From: Phoronis australis | Taxonomy: Eukaryota > Animalia > Phoronida | Length of the DNA stretch: 64,000 bases | Assembly (NCBI GenBank): GCA_002633005.1 | Contig: NMRA01000415.1 | Coordinates: 221,161-285,160, forward strand | Direction: 5' to 3' | Shown here: piece by piece, positions 11,836 to 24,100 of the stretch | How positions within the stretch are numbered: position 1 is the stretch's first letter | How the letters are laid out: each line of letters starts with the position of its first letter | The notes under the pieces: generated by a model | What the model was told of the DNA's origin: nothing | The model's input: the letters and a program-made list of their open reading frames with translations, nothing else | Database searches by the model: none | Made by a program: the position numbers and the translations under genes

Positions 11836-14800
11836 CAAACGGTACGCTGCATTGGTGGATATAGGACGTCCGAGGGGGCCCAGCTCTCTCTCCTGCACAC
11901 GATAAAAAACGGTGCCAACATATCGTTTTCAGGGCTCTCACGAGGGTTTGTCCTCCAAAAATTGACGTCACTCCGTCCTCTCGCAAGGCTATTATGAAGG
12001 TTGACCCTTTTGGAAATTGAGGTCGGGGGCCCCATCATTTTCACAAATCCCACGGATCCACCTAAGGATATGACTATACCTTCAACACAGCAAAAACTAA
12101 AAAAAACAGCAATATAAGGTTAAGGAGAACTAGTGCAACCTTAACGTACATGTAGCTGCGTCTCATGAAGTGCTTTTTGTGCAATAATTTAAATACAAAA
12201 TTTTTTAGCAAAATACATGACCGACTGCTTCGTTGCACTGACTGGGAATGAACATTTACACTGTGGCCTAAATCTTCCTCATTTGAGCTTGCAAATCGTA
12301 CTACCACGAAACTCTAAGTGACTGCTTTTTACATTTCTGTCCGGGAACCCGTTTTAAACACACCGTTGGACACCGTTTTCTTCACTAGAAAATTCGTTCC
12401 AAAACAGCATTTATGATATCTAGATCATACTGTTCGTGACCTCCGCTGTCGGCAAATAGAAGGGAACTAAATAATCATGGGCAAACTTCAAACTTCAATG
12501 GACACCGAAAAATCTTCACCAAACTCTCCAATATTCAACATAATAAATCCCCAGGTCTATGTTAATTTTGTCGCTAGCAATCGGCAAATTGCAGAGTTGT
12601 CTCCCCTAAATCAAAATTCCTCGGAAAATCCCTTCTTGTGTGTATTTCTGTGGGGAATAGTTAGCTGCCTATATGTCAGATATTTCTGGCGTTAGCTCCC
12701 CCGCCTCCTTGGCCCCTAATCTCCTATCCCGACTCTGATCTTGCACCCTGTTTCCGGGCTCCGCTAAATTGTCCACTATTCTCGAGAAGCAAGAAACTGT
12801 ACTTTCATACGCTACCGAGACGTCCACGGTGAGCGAATGCGGAAATCATGGCTGATGATTCAGGGTGACGCATTCTTATTATTAGGTGCGCGATCGCCCA
12901 GTTTGCCTACGCGCTCGGGGAAACTGCCGCCGTCCGATGGGCGCTTTAATTGACGAGAGATTTAAGAGTTTTTTGGAGTTAAACTCGTGAATCGTTGTAG
13001 GTACATGTACCCCTCAGTCTGAAATGAGCAAAAACGCACCTTAATGCTATGCCTCGTCGTATCCCATGTTCCCCCGGTTTCCCATCAAAAATCTGCGAGC
13101 ACTTTTGCCAGTGCGGAAATTGGTTACAACATTCCTTTGATTTACATATTTATGTAAGAAAATTCAAAAAATTTTAGATTATTTTTGAAAATTAGAAGCT
13201 GATCTTGTACGAATTGACGATGTCTCATGAATTCAGCTCAGCGGCAGCCTGAAGTTGGAAAACGAATCCGATCCTCAAATAGACGATTTATGCCTATCTA
13301 AAATAAATCTCAAAGACAGTATTGAATTTCAGACAGTTACCCAAAACATAATCACAATTTAAATGACAATAAATGTTTGGTTTTTTAATTTAGATACAAG
13401 ATTTGTTGTTGAAACTCACAAGAAGGAGATCCATTAATTGCTCATGGTACGACATTGGGAAAATGTGATCTATCATTAATTCCCCAAATAGCAAAATATA
13501 TCATACGATTTTTATCTGTCGGAAATAAGTCTCAAGGATATTGATGAGTGTCGCGTTGTCGGACAGCTCTACAAAGTGTCCCAAATGTTCTCACATTTAT
13601 TCAAATGACAATAAATTGTTTATTTACTAAGAACTAGATTAGTGGTTTAAATTCACAAACCGTAGAGTCTGGAGTTTTAATTTGTACCTCGATCTAAATT
13701 GCTCATAATTAATCACGGCGAAACGAGTTTTCAGTGACATTTTTTGAAAAATTGTTTTGGTAACGAATTTCGTATTTCAAGTGTCTCAGTGGCCGGCGTA
13801 ACGGGTTTCGCATGGGCAATCCGACCTCTGAGGCTAACGCCGAGATACACTCTATCACGGTGCTACACGAAAGTTTGCAGTATACATGTACAGTGTAGGT
13901 GGCGCTGTGTCAGAGGGTAACGCTAAGACAGAATAACCACCGGCCCCCACCAGCGCCTCGCCCCGGCAGCGGGGGGCCTCCTGGCGGCTATAACATCCGA
14001 GAAAAACTACAATGCTGTCAAAATGGATAACATTATAGCTTTAGTTAGCAAAACTAGATATTATAGAAAACAATAAGAAGATTAAGCTAACTTTGAACCT
14101 TGTTTACCAGGGTCAGTGATATGAGTGTGCAAATATCTTGAATTCTTTAGCTGCCCTACAAAGAACAAATTACTAAAAAAATTTATTATTCTAGCTTACT
14201 TAATCTTTATTTTGACTACAATATGCTTTTTTAGTAAAAACAATATATTTTGACTTTGATCGATTTCGGGTTCCTGCAATTTTGTCAACACGCTGATAAT
14301 GGCATTTTTAAAGGAATCATATCTCAAATTTTTGAGGTAGGTCTTACATTTTTAATTATCCACTTTTGAGCAAAAGCAGACGTACTCTTAATTTTTAACG
14401 GCTTATTTCACGTTCATACCATGAATAATACGCTTACAATATAGTCACACATTTCTAAATTTTCTCCGCTCGTCCTTCTGAGCGGCTCAGTTGTACCAGG
14501 ATCAAAAAGAGCGCGGCGCCGGAATCAGGTACAATTGTGATGACCGCGTTGTCAGATGCGAGCAAGACCCAATTAAGTTTAATTATCTGACTATAAACCA
14601 TATTAGACGTCACTGACTATACATTAACCACTAATTTTCGTTATAAACGAACACCATGGCGATATTTAGTTGAAAAAAAACAACCAAGTACGGTTTTCGG
14701 TTTTTAAAAGTCGATGAACTAATAATCTAAAAACTACAACGATTGAAGATAAACTACCGCGCGTACTGATACTCGGTGAATATACAGACACTGATTAGAG

Positions 14801-15271
14801 TTAACAATATCACATGGATCCATTTTTTAATATTCTTTCAATCTCTATTAATCAGATTTTTGACCAGGAAACAGTTGTTGTGCTCACTTTTCATATTATA
14901 TTACTGACAAAGTAGTAGTCAGTGCCACCGAAATTGTTCAGAGATTCCAAATCTTCAGTTTGGTTATCACCATATTTGCCAAAGAAAAAAAATCCCCAGG
15001 CTTTCGCAGGGAAACTGGACGTGAAAAAAAGTTATCCATGTCAGCCGCACGTTTCATATGATTAGTCTCCGGGTTGGGTACCCTGGTATAGCGTCCTCCC
15101 AACCCGTATTCACTTCTACCCGGCGGCTCGTTTCTATGTACTATTCGAATGAAACATTTTTCTTCTTAACAACATACCTACTTCCGGTTGTAAATTTGAA
15201 AAGCGTGTGTGTGTGTGTGTGCGTGCATTTGAATTTCAAGTGCATGATTTTAACTGCTGTAGAATGCAATT

Positions 15272-18200
15272 ATGTCTGAAAACATAAAGTTACGGGACGA
15301 GACCAAAAAGCAGGTCCGTTCTCTGCTTATTTCAGCCCAGCATGGGTTGACTGTCCACGAACTTTTAAATGATTTTAAAAACATCATCGGCGAAAACTTG
15401 CCTTTCCGCAAACTCGGATTCACAAGCGCCGAGGACCTTCTTCGCGACTGGCCGGACGTTGCTGAAGTTTCCTTCCACAGAGGTCAAGTGGTCTTCAAAG
15501 GAGTCGCTGATGAATCGACAAAGAATGTGCAAAGACTTGTTTCGCGGCAGAAAAGCCCGAAGAAAAAGTCACTTATGATGCCGGGTGGCCGCCAAGCTTT
15601 AAGCGCGACAAGAAACAGACCTCCGCGCATGATGAAAACGGTGCCTGTGCACCTGAGGACTCAAATTAGAGAACTTCTAGAGGGCTATGATAATGGCTTG
15701 ATGTTGAGAAACTTGAACATTGCCTTTTCTAGAAAGTTTGGATGCCATTTGAATTATCAGAGATACGGGTTTAAGTCAGTGTTTGAATTTTTACGCTCCC
15801 TGGAAGATATTGTGGACAGCGAAGAGACTCGTGCTGGAGGTGTGAGAGTCCACCTGAGAAAGCAAAGCAATAGGAATTATGCAGGCAATAGAAATGACAC
15901 AGGAAGCAGAAACGACTCAGGCAATAGAAATAACACGAGCAAGGGTAAATAATGGTGTCATTGTACTTTTCCCAGTCTGTTTACGTGGGTAAATATTTAT
16001 GTGGGCAAATGCTTCCTTAAAAATTGATAAATTATAACTTTTTTCCCGTAATGCATATTGAATTTGACATCCACCACTAGGAATATTTCTAAGTTACCAA
16101 TATTTGCTTCGCGTGGGTTCATGTCTCGACTTCATTAGGATCGACAGATGGGGTCATAACAGGCGTATAGGCTAGCTGAGATGGTATCAAAACCCTTTTA
16201 GGCTCGTTTGTGGAAAATTTCATGCAAATTCTGCCATGATTTTGGAATTAACTATTACATGGGTTAAGGTTATTAGTTATTTTATCAAGCAGTGCATGTT
16301 TTTAAAGCAGAAATCATGTAAAATCTAAATTTGGTTGGGTCATGTGGCTATTTTTGGTAAAAATAACAAAATAACGGTGCTGTTAGAATGAGCAATGGGC
16401 CTGATTGATGTGACCTGCGCCCGTCTGATCACGGTATTCAAGTATCGAACTTCCTGCAATACGTTTTTACCAAAAATAAAAGTTGTAATTCATAGCAATA
16501 ATTGATTTAAATCACAAACTAAGCCAGTTTATTTACAGACATGGGTTTGCAGCTTTAAATGTGAATATTGATGGCCAAAACCAAACTTTATTTTTTTTTC
16601 TGACAAAAGGCAGTTTTATGTCAATCACCCTGACGTAAATTCTTGATATCATGCAAAACATGTCAGTAAATTGGTACATGTAAATGTTGTTCATGCAAAG
16701 TGTAATGTAGAATTGATTACAGGTGATCCCGTGGAGTCACTGGTCACAGTTGAGGATGATGGTGTGGTACCTGGTGATATCAAACAAAATGTGAAGAAGG
16801 TATGCATCTATTGCACTGAGTTACTTAATTGTCGGTTTTATGTCCAAAAAACTCATTTTTAGGATTACATTCTTGGGTGGTCTTGACCATAGCTATAAAT
16901 CAACATTTGAGTAGGTTATTTTTTGTCATAATATTACTCAGCATTTGATTTGACAACCTGCAGGTCACCAGTGCGGCTTCAGATTGTGTTTGGCGAGCTG
17001 GGAAAAATCCCTAGTTGCCACGAAGTCGCCACTGCGAGCTCAAAGTCTGACAATAATGCCCCCGAAATTTGTTTCAAAGTTTGTGTTGACTTTCAAACAG
17101 TTGTGAAATCAGTGCATTTGCAGCTTCAGCAGTGAACACACATCAAGCACATGCTTATTTAACTAAAATCGGGCAAAATCGGTGAAGTCCTAGTGCATTT
17201 GATTGTCTGCGTTCCTTGTTCATTGGTACGACCTATTTGTCTAGAGAATTTTGTGCTGAACTGATAACCTCGGATTTCATTTAGCGAATTGGGATTTTCA
17301 CTTTTGGGGACCTCAGATTTTGTTTGGCGTCCTGGAAAAATCCCAGGTTGCCAAATGCGACAAGCGCTGTTACAAATTGCTGATTCTCGCCGTTGTCTGC
17401 TAGGCATTTGCTGTAAACAAAACTGGTGTCTTTACTATTTAAATACGATAATACGTTGAGTGGTGTTGACGTCAACAGCACAGTATTAAACTGGACTGCG
17501 GAGGTACTGGGTTCGATCCTGTGCTATGGCTTGTGTGAGAAAAAATATTTTCTTGCTTGTAATGTCCCTTTAAGTGCTCACGTTACTCGTAGTCCTTTTT
17601 GCCCAGTGTAAAGCTGCTTTATGGTGTGTTGTAGTGTCAGAAAACATTATTTAAATTTGTGCAATAGATCATCTGGAATTCCCCCCTATCCCATACTGCC
17701 TTGGTGACAGGAAGCTAACCTGTTGTGACAACTAATGGGTGTGGTCTGAAACAGTAGTGGTCTGCTAGTTCTTTTCAAGCCTTGAAATCATTTCTAGTCT
17801 AAAAGGAACAAAGTGAGACCCAATTTTATAACGGTAAATAGCCCATATCCCGATGAATGCTGTAGAGTGAATGTACGTGTACGCAACATGCTACATACCC
17901 AGTCAGTAGCCCAGTGGGCATCGCTGAACTCCTACTGAGAAATCACAAAGACTTTGTTGATGAAGAACAAGGCTTGCGTGAGTTTTTCAGGTGTTTCGTG
18001 CAATGGGCCAACCATGAGGGCTTAGCACGTCTGATGCACCACAAAGGACATCGGACCACCTGCACTGGTGTTTATATCAAAGGTTATTTTTTGACAAATG
18101 TAGACTTATTATGCATTCAGTCCCCATATTTGGCTAAAGGCCATCCCTGAATTTTCCACAATTTTCACGTTGAACCCTCATAGAATTACGTGTGGCACCC

Positions 18201-21121
18201 ACCCCCCCTCATGTCATCACTTTCTGTTAATTTACCAAAAATCATTTTCAAATTTTTGGAATCTACAGATATCTTTTACTCCGAGTTTAGTTTAGTCCAA
18301 GGAAACCAATGTGCCGAACGCCAAAGTCACTTGGTGGTACTATTGAATGAAGCTCCTCTGTTTGACATGTCCAGGAAGCAGCTGTTCATGTTTGCAGGCA
18401 TTTCTACATTTAGCACCTTTGCTTTGCAACACCTACTGATGTATGAGTTCCCCATCGAAAACTGCTGGAAAATCCCAATTATGTGGTGCAGCGTTCATTG
18501 TCGTTCATTTTTTCTTCTCAGGTATTATCGCGCCGACCCAAAGGGATGTTCTCCTCGAGGTTTATTATCGAATACAAGGAGCTGATTGGCCGCCCGTTAC
18601 CGTTCACCACCTTGGGCTTCAACAGTGTCGTTGAATTTGCCTCGGTCATTGAGGACATAGTCACCATCGAGAGGCCATCCAAACAGGGTGACTGGCTACT
18701 GTTCGATGCCGACCTGAGACCAAAGTCTGGTGAGTGACACCAGAGGGTGCCCGGAACTTGCAGTGAGAATCTCAGTGTTCAATAGGCGGTGCTAGTGTAG
18801 AGAAGGCTGTTTTTGTTATTTGATCAGGAATGAGAACAGACATGTTCACTGACATGTGGGCATGTGTGGAGTAAGTGTCTGAATTCATTGTTTCCCTAGC
18901 GCCACCTAGTGAATTTTTGAAAAAGGTGTTGAATTTAGTTTGTCCCATTTTGTAAATATACGTATTTGGTTCTTGAAGGCAGTTGCGAAATTCTTTTCAG
19001 ATCATTTGTTTACTCGCTCATAACGCGAATGCAATTCGTAGAATGCAAACTGGTTGAAAGCATCATTGAAGTTTGTAAATTTAAAGAATTATTAATACGA
19101 CTCTTAGTTTGGATTGAGTTCCTTGTTCATTTTACAGACAAACATCTGAAGACAGCCAGTGCTGAAGACTCCTCCGCAGAAACAACGCCATCTGAGGATC
19201 AGTCGTTACATGACCGTGTCCTGGACAGCCACACCATAGACAAAATCTGGCAGGTTCTAGCCTGCAACTCAGACGGAACGGACATGACTCTCTTTCTGGA
19301 TGTGTACAAGGTGAGTCAAAATGATGAAACTGCCCTCTTGTGGAATAATGGGAACACTGAAATCTTTGATGTGAGCAAATAGAGTTCTAGTTTGGTGTCT
19401 TCCTGTATTCAAATGCAACGCAAATGCCTTGTGCTCAGGAAACTTTGCGCGTATTAAACCATATTGGCGTTTTTGAATTGTATTACACCTGTTGTTACCT
19501 TTCGTTTTCAAGGAAACGGATTTTACGAATGCCATGTGCCATTCTCTAAAGTGTAAGGTCGGCGACAATGTAATTGCTGGCCATTACATGTAAAATTGTT
19601 TTGGTCCACTTTCAAGTTTCGCAACAGAGCAGCTGGCAAAGTGAAACAAAATCCCCCGACTCTTTGTGTAGCCTTGCATAAGGTCTATAGCCCTACACAA
19701 GGAATACCAAACACAAGGTCTTACAAAAACCTCACTACAGAGGGATTTCTGTGTTGCAGGTTAGGACACATGTTAGCACCATGACGTCTGCTGGAGTAGA
19801 ACATAAATCCCCTGTGCTTTGCAAAAAGTCTTTTGGCGCATTTCTACAGAAAAGCCTTCATTGCAGACTAATACAGCATTCACCTGCCGATTATTTGGAA
19901 GGCAAATCATATGTCTCGCCCTTTATCTGAAAAAAATCACATGCCAACACTGGGCAGACATCTGATCTCACCCAGAATCCTATTGTAGAGCTCCAGTCTT
20001 ACCATAAGAAGCCTACATTCCAGCAACGCGATTTGCAGTTTAGGCTGTGTTTGCTGATGGCGGTCGAATATGGTTGGAATGAATATTGACATTATGCCAG
20101 GGTGCTTCTGTAAAGACATGTTTTATGGGGACTATTCCTTGGAGAAACTCAACCAAAATTCAATGCGTTATCTTGGCTTTGCCTTGTAGTCTGCTCCTAA
20201 GCAGGTTACGGCTTTCTCTTCTTCGTCTTCAAGTTGTAAACACTGTCTTTTTGCCTTAATCTGGGTTCGTGAAACAAGCTAAGCCATGGGTAGATTGATA
20301 TTTAGCCAAAAGCTAAGACACACTAGTCTCTTTGAGAAACAGCTCAACATGTGACTTCTGATCAGACGTTCTAACTGGCTTCTTATGATACACGCTACAA
20401 CCTGAAATTGTTCTGTTCAGAATTTGACTGAGAAGGAGCTGAATGTGCAGGAGTATGGCTACAGTACTCTGGAAGACTTTCTGCACTCGATGCCAAGCGT
20501 CGTCAAGTTGGTCTACAAAGGTCAAGGTGAGTCATTTGAGGTCAGATGGGTCAGAGGTCACGTGTGCATGTCTGGAAAGTTTTTTGTCACTTGTGAATAC
20601 CTGGCCTGTTTCCCGTCTCTGACAGTCATGACTGGTCATTCAAGTTGAAGGTGACATGCAAAGTCGACAGCTGCTTAACAGTGTGCTATAATTGTGTGTT
20701 AATGTGTTCTACTAGGTTGATTTTGCAAATTTAGTTAGATGTATTCCGATGATTTTCACAAACACGGAATGTTTTCAATTAAAATGTTGTGTTTTTTCTA
20801 CCTGATATGACTTCTGAAATTTGAATACCAGTTGTCATGATACATGACAGATAGGTTGGTGTCTTGCCAAATAATGTTTTTGTTGTGAATATTGCTCCTT
20901 GCAGTGGCGGAAATGAAGTTACTGCATTGCTGTAACCATAGCAACAAGCTCTGTTAGTGAGAGGTGTAGTCGCAATGTTTCACCTAGTAATCGATCCTCA
21001 TGTTTAGCTGATACTGCTTCACGTGATACTGTCTTGTTACCACATTGCAGGCAAAATGCTGCTCTTTGCTGTCGACCAGGGGAGGGAAGTTCGACATGAA
21101 CTGTTGCCAGGGCTTTGCAAG
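15272..21121 (+). CDS. TDRD5: TDRD5-like exons 1-6: four LOTUS (OST-HTH) repeats
   Basis: Repeat cores LPFRKLGFTSAEDLLRDWPDV, LNYQRYGFKSVFEFLRSLEDIV, LPFTTLGFNSVVEFASVIEDIV and LNVQEYGYSTLEDFLHSMPSVV. Confidence 0.88.
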
Positions 21122-24100
21122 GTACTTTGGCTGTCTTTGGTTCCTTCTGGAGGAAATCACAATGTATATTGTCTGATTCCATTCGAGTTGTGTGCAATGA
21201 AAAGCTGTTGATTGGGTCATGGTAAATCTAGTGCTTATTTGAGCCTTGTATAACAGCCATGTTCCAGTTCAGGGTTAGAATTTAAATTTTAATCTCACAG
21301 CGCATGTTTGCTTCTATCTTTTGAGACTTGAAGCAAAACCCAGAGGCTTTCCATTGATTTAAAATTCTTAATTAAAAATAATGGTCGACATATTTTTGTG
21401 GTTCTTATTTCAAAGTTTACAAGAAAAACTGGCAAAACCAGGAGCACTTTGCTTGTGTCAAATTCGAACCCTGCTGTTAACAAAAAATGGCACATCAATC
21501 ATATCGCGCTCCCATTGCTAAACGATGCCTGCAACAATATCATACAACAGTAAGGCTTATCCAATGAACAAATTTTTGTCATGTATAATGCAACACAGCC
21601 TTGGTGAAGCTTGCATAGTAGTGATGGTACCTTTGTATTGTTACTGCCGTGTGATGCCTGTCAACCAACTAGACATCATTTGTTTACATCAATGAGATAA
21701 ATCTGTTTTCTGCCTAAGTTATAGTGAAAGCTTTGAAAATATGCATTGTAATACGTTGTTTTGATGTTGTCAAGTTTTCGATTAGTAATAAGTTGATGTT
21801 ACTGTCTCTCCTTGTTTGAACCTGAAAATCTCCACTGTCGTGTAGACATGTGTGATGTGTTCACATTGAAAATATTCATAGTGTGTGAGTAGAGATTTTT
21901 GACTAATGTTTCTGTGATTTACGATCAATTTTCTGATGGATTTCCTTCTTGATTTTTTAGTTTTGAAAAAGCTAAACTAACTGTTTCAAATTGGTCCACT
22001 TTTTGAAAATTGCTATTATACTACTGTAACATCCTCTACTTGCCTTGCTTTCTGATACAATGGTTAAAATTTGTTTCCAAATTGTTTGCTTTAGTTAAAC
22101 AACCCTAAGTCATCTGCTTCTGGAAAATCCATTCCGTGTGATGCGGTGGGGCACGGCTCGTCCTATCCGACCTTGAAGTTCAGCTGCAAGGTCGGCAGCT
22201 ACTTCGACGTGTTTGTGTCCAATATTATCAGCCCAAGCCGTATTTGGCTGCAAATACGAGGTGACAGCACGACACTGGCCTTGGAGGAACTCATGGATAA
22301 ACTGGAGTGAGTGTTCAGGGAGTAGGAACGGTCCCCGGACTGTCATGTACTCTGACTGGAGCGTTTAATTCAACAGTCAGAGTGTAAGGACCGCATGTAG
22401 TGGACTTAAAAAAACGTCAGAGTGGACGACTAAATTCATAACCTTTGTAAAGACTTAGGCTGGAGGTCAATTACAGACTCTTAGGTGATTGGCCCAACCA
22501 CTAGGTTTTTACCTCATCGTGTATTTAAGTTGATGGTTTTGGTGCTGCGTTTAAGACAGCCTGGCAATCTTTAAATTATCACTGCAAGATAGTTTTACTC
22601 TGCATGTTAAGAAGGCAACTATGATGGTCAAGGTATGTTCAAAATCTGTGTCAGTTTCATGACACTTTTGTGACTTCATTTCTCGATTAAGTCAGTCTGT
22701 TAATGATGGGACGATCACTGGTCTGTGTTTGTGATGACAGTGACTGTTTGGTGAACAAATTAACACAGGTTCTGGTACTTGAACATCTACTCGCCCCTGT
22801 TTCTTAAAGAATCTTCTGGCTTTTGTTTTATGGTTAAACAGTATGAAAATCAGGCTAGTGCTGGAAGTTGAAAAATCTCATACAGCTCGCAGTGAAGAGA
22901 CAGAACTCCATAATCGCCTGGAATCAACAGAAGCAAAACATTTCGAGAAATGCAAAAGACAAAAAATCAACTTCCGGCTATTCGTATTCAGACTTCTGAC
23001 TTTTGGCTACTAGATTGTTTGAAAAACAGTCCCGTGATCACAACTTGGGTTAATGTTCTTTGTATGAGAGTTATCTTCAGTTTTCTGTGCACACCTTACA
23101 AGTTGACATTCTGTCATGTTTTAACCACAGAGAGGTCTATGACAGTAGTATGGGGGATAGCTATGTGATGCCCAACTATCTGATAGCCATTGGTCAAGTT
23201 TGTGTGGCCATTTTTCCCGAGGACGAGAACTGGCACCGGGTCATCATCAGCGGCATACCAAACATGGACTTTGTAGAGGTCAGTGTGATGTGTTGCAGCG
23301 GCCATATTTTTGTTTGTATATTGTAGTTGTCAAAAAAAACTTGACAGACTTCGACAAAACTCTGTCAGACTCTGCCAAACTGCGATAAAAGCCTTGCAAG
23401 AATTATTTGGCTGTTTTGTTGAAATGGTGTTTTCTTAGAGTTTTAGTTAGAGATTAATGTGATGCTATTGCACATAGCTTCTAATTAGTGTAATTAACAT
23501 GCGTAGTGAGTTGTCACGATTTCCACAACGTGGATGGAGCAACACCTATTGGCATTTTGTCAAGATTTAAATCTCCATTAAAGAGACGGCTACAGGGTCC
23601 CGTTTTCAGTTAGATTCTTCATATAGTGGCTGTTTTTAATATCGTTAAACATTGGAAATAGATTACTGTTAAGGAGATGCCGTCATGTTCTCATTTTGGG
23701 ACTAAAACGTTTTGAGTAACAATGTTTTTTGACGCCACCCTCTCTCTCCACCGCTTGAAGGATCATTATTGAAATTGGGAGATATGTTCTTGATGAGTTG
23801 ATTGAGGTCGATGTGTATTTTCTGACGTGTAGTGACTACTGCCATTTTATGTTATTACATTGCCCTGGAAGAAAAACCATTGCCATGCAGTCATAGAATT
23901 GCTTTGGGAGTTTTAAAACAGCCAATAATACTTCATCTCCGCCCTCCCTTTGGATAATTGCAAATAGTTCACTGGAATACCAAAATGCGACGCGTTTAAT
24001 CGTCTGCTCACATTGTGGATGTTTAATTTGTTTAGGTTCTGTTTGTCGACTACGGAAACAGCTGCTGCGTGCATAGAGCCAACCTTCGACTTCTCAAGTA

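Noticed and set aside
10780-13010. Candidate promoter and non-coding first exon of the TDRD5-like gene
   Set aside because: An acceptor at 15261-15262 implies an upstream exon, but several donor-like sites exist and none can be chosen without transcript data.
11470-13680. Weak local direct repeats (about 190-bp spacing near 11480/11670 and about 240-bp spacing near 13360/13600)
   Set aside because: Too degenerate to define units or assign to an element by eye.
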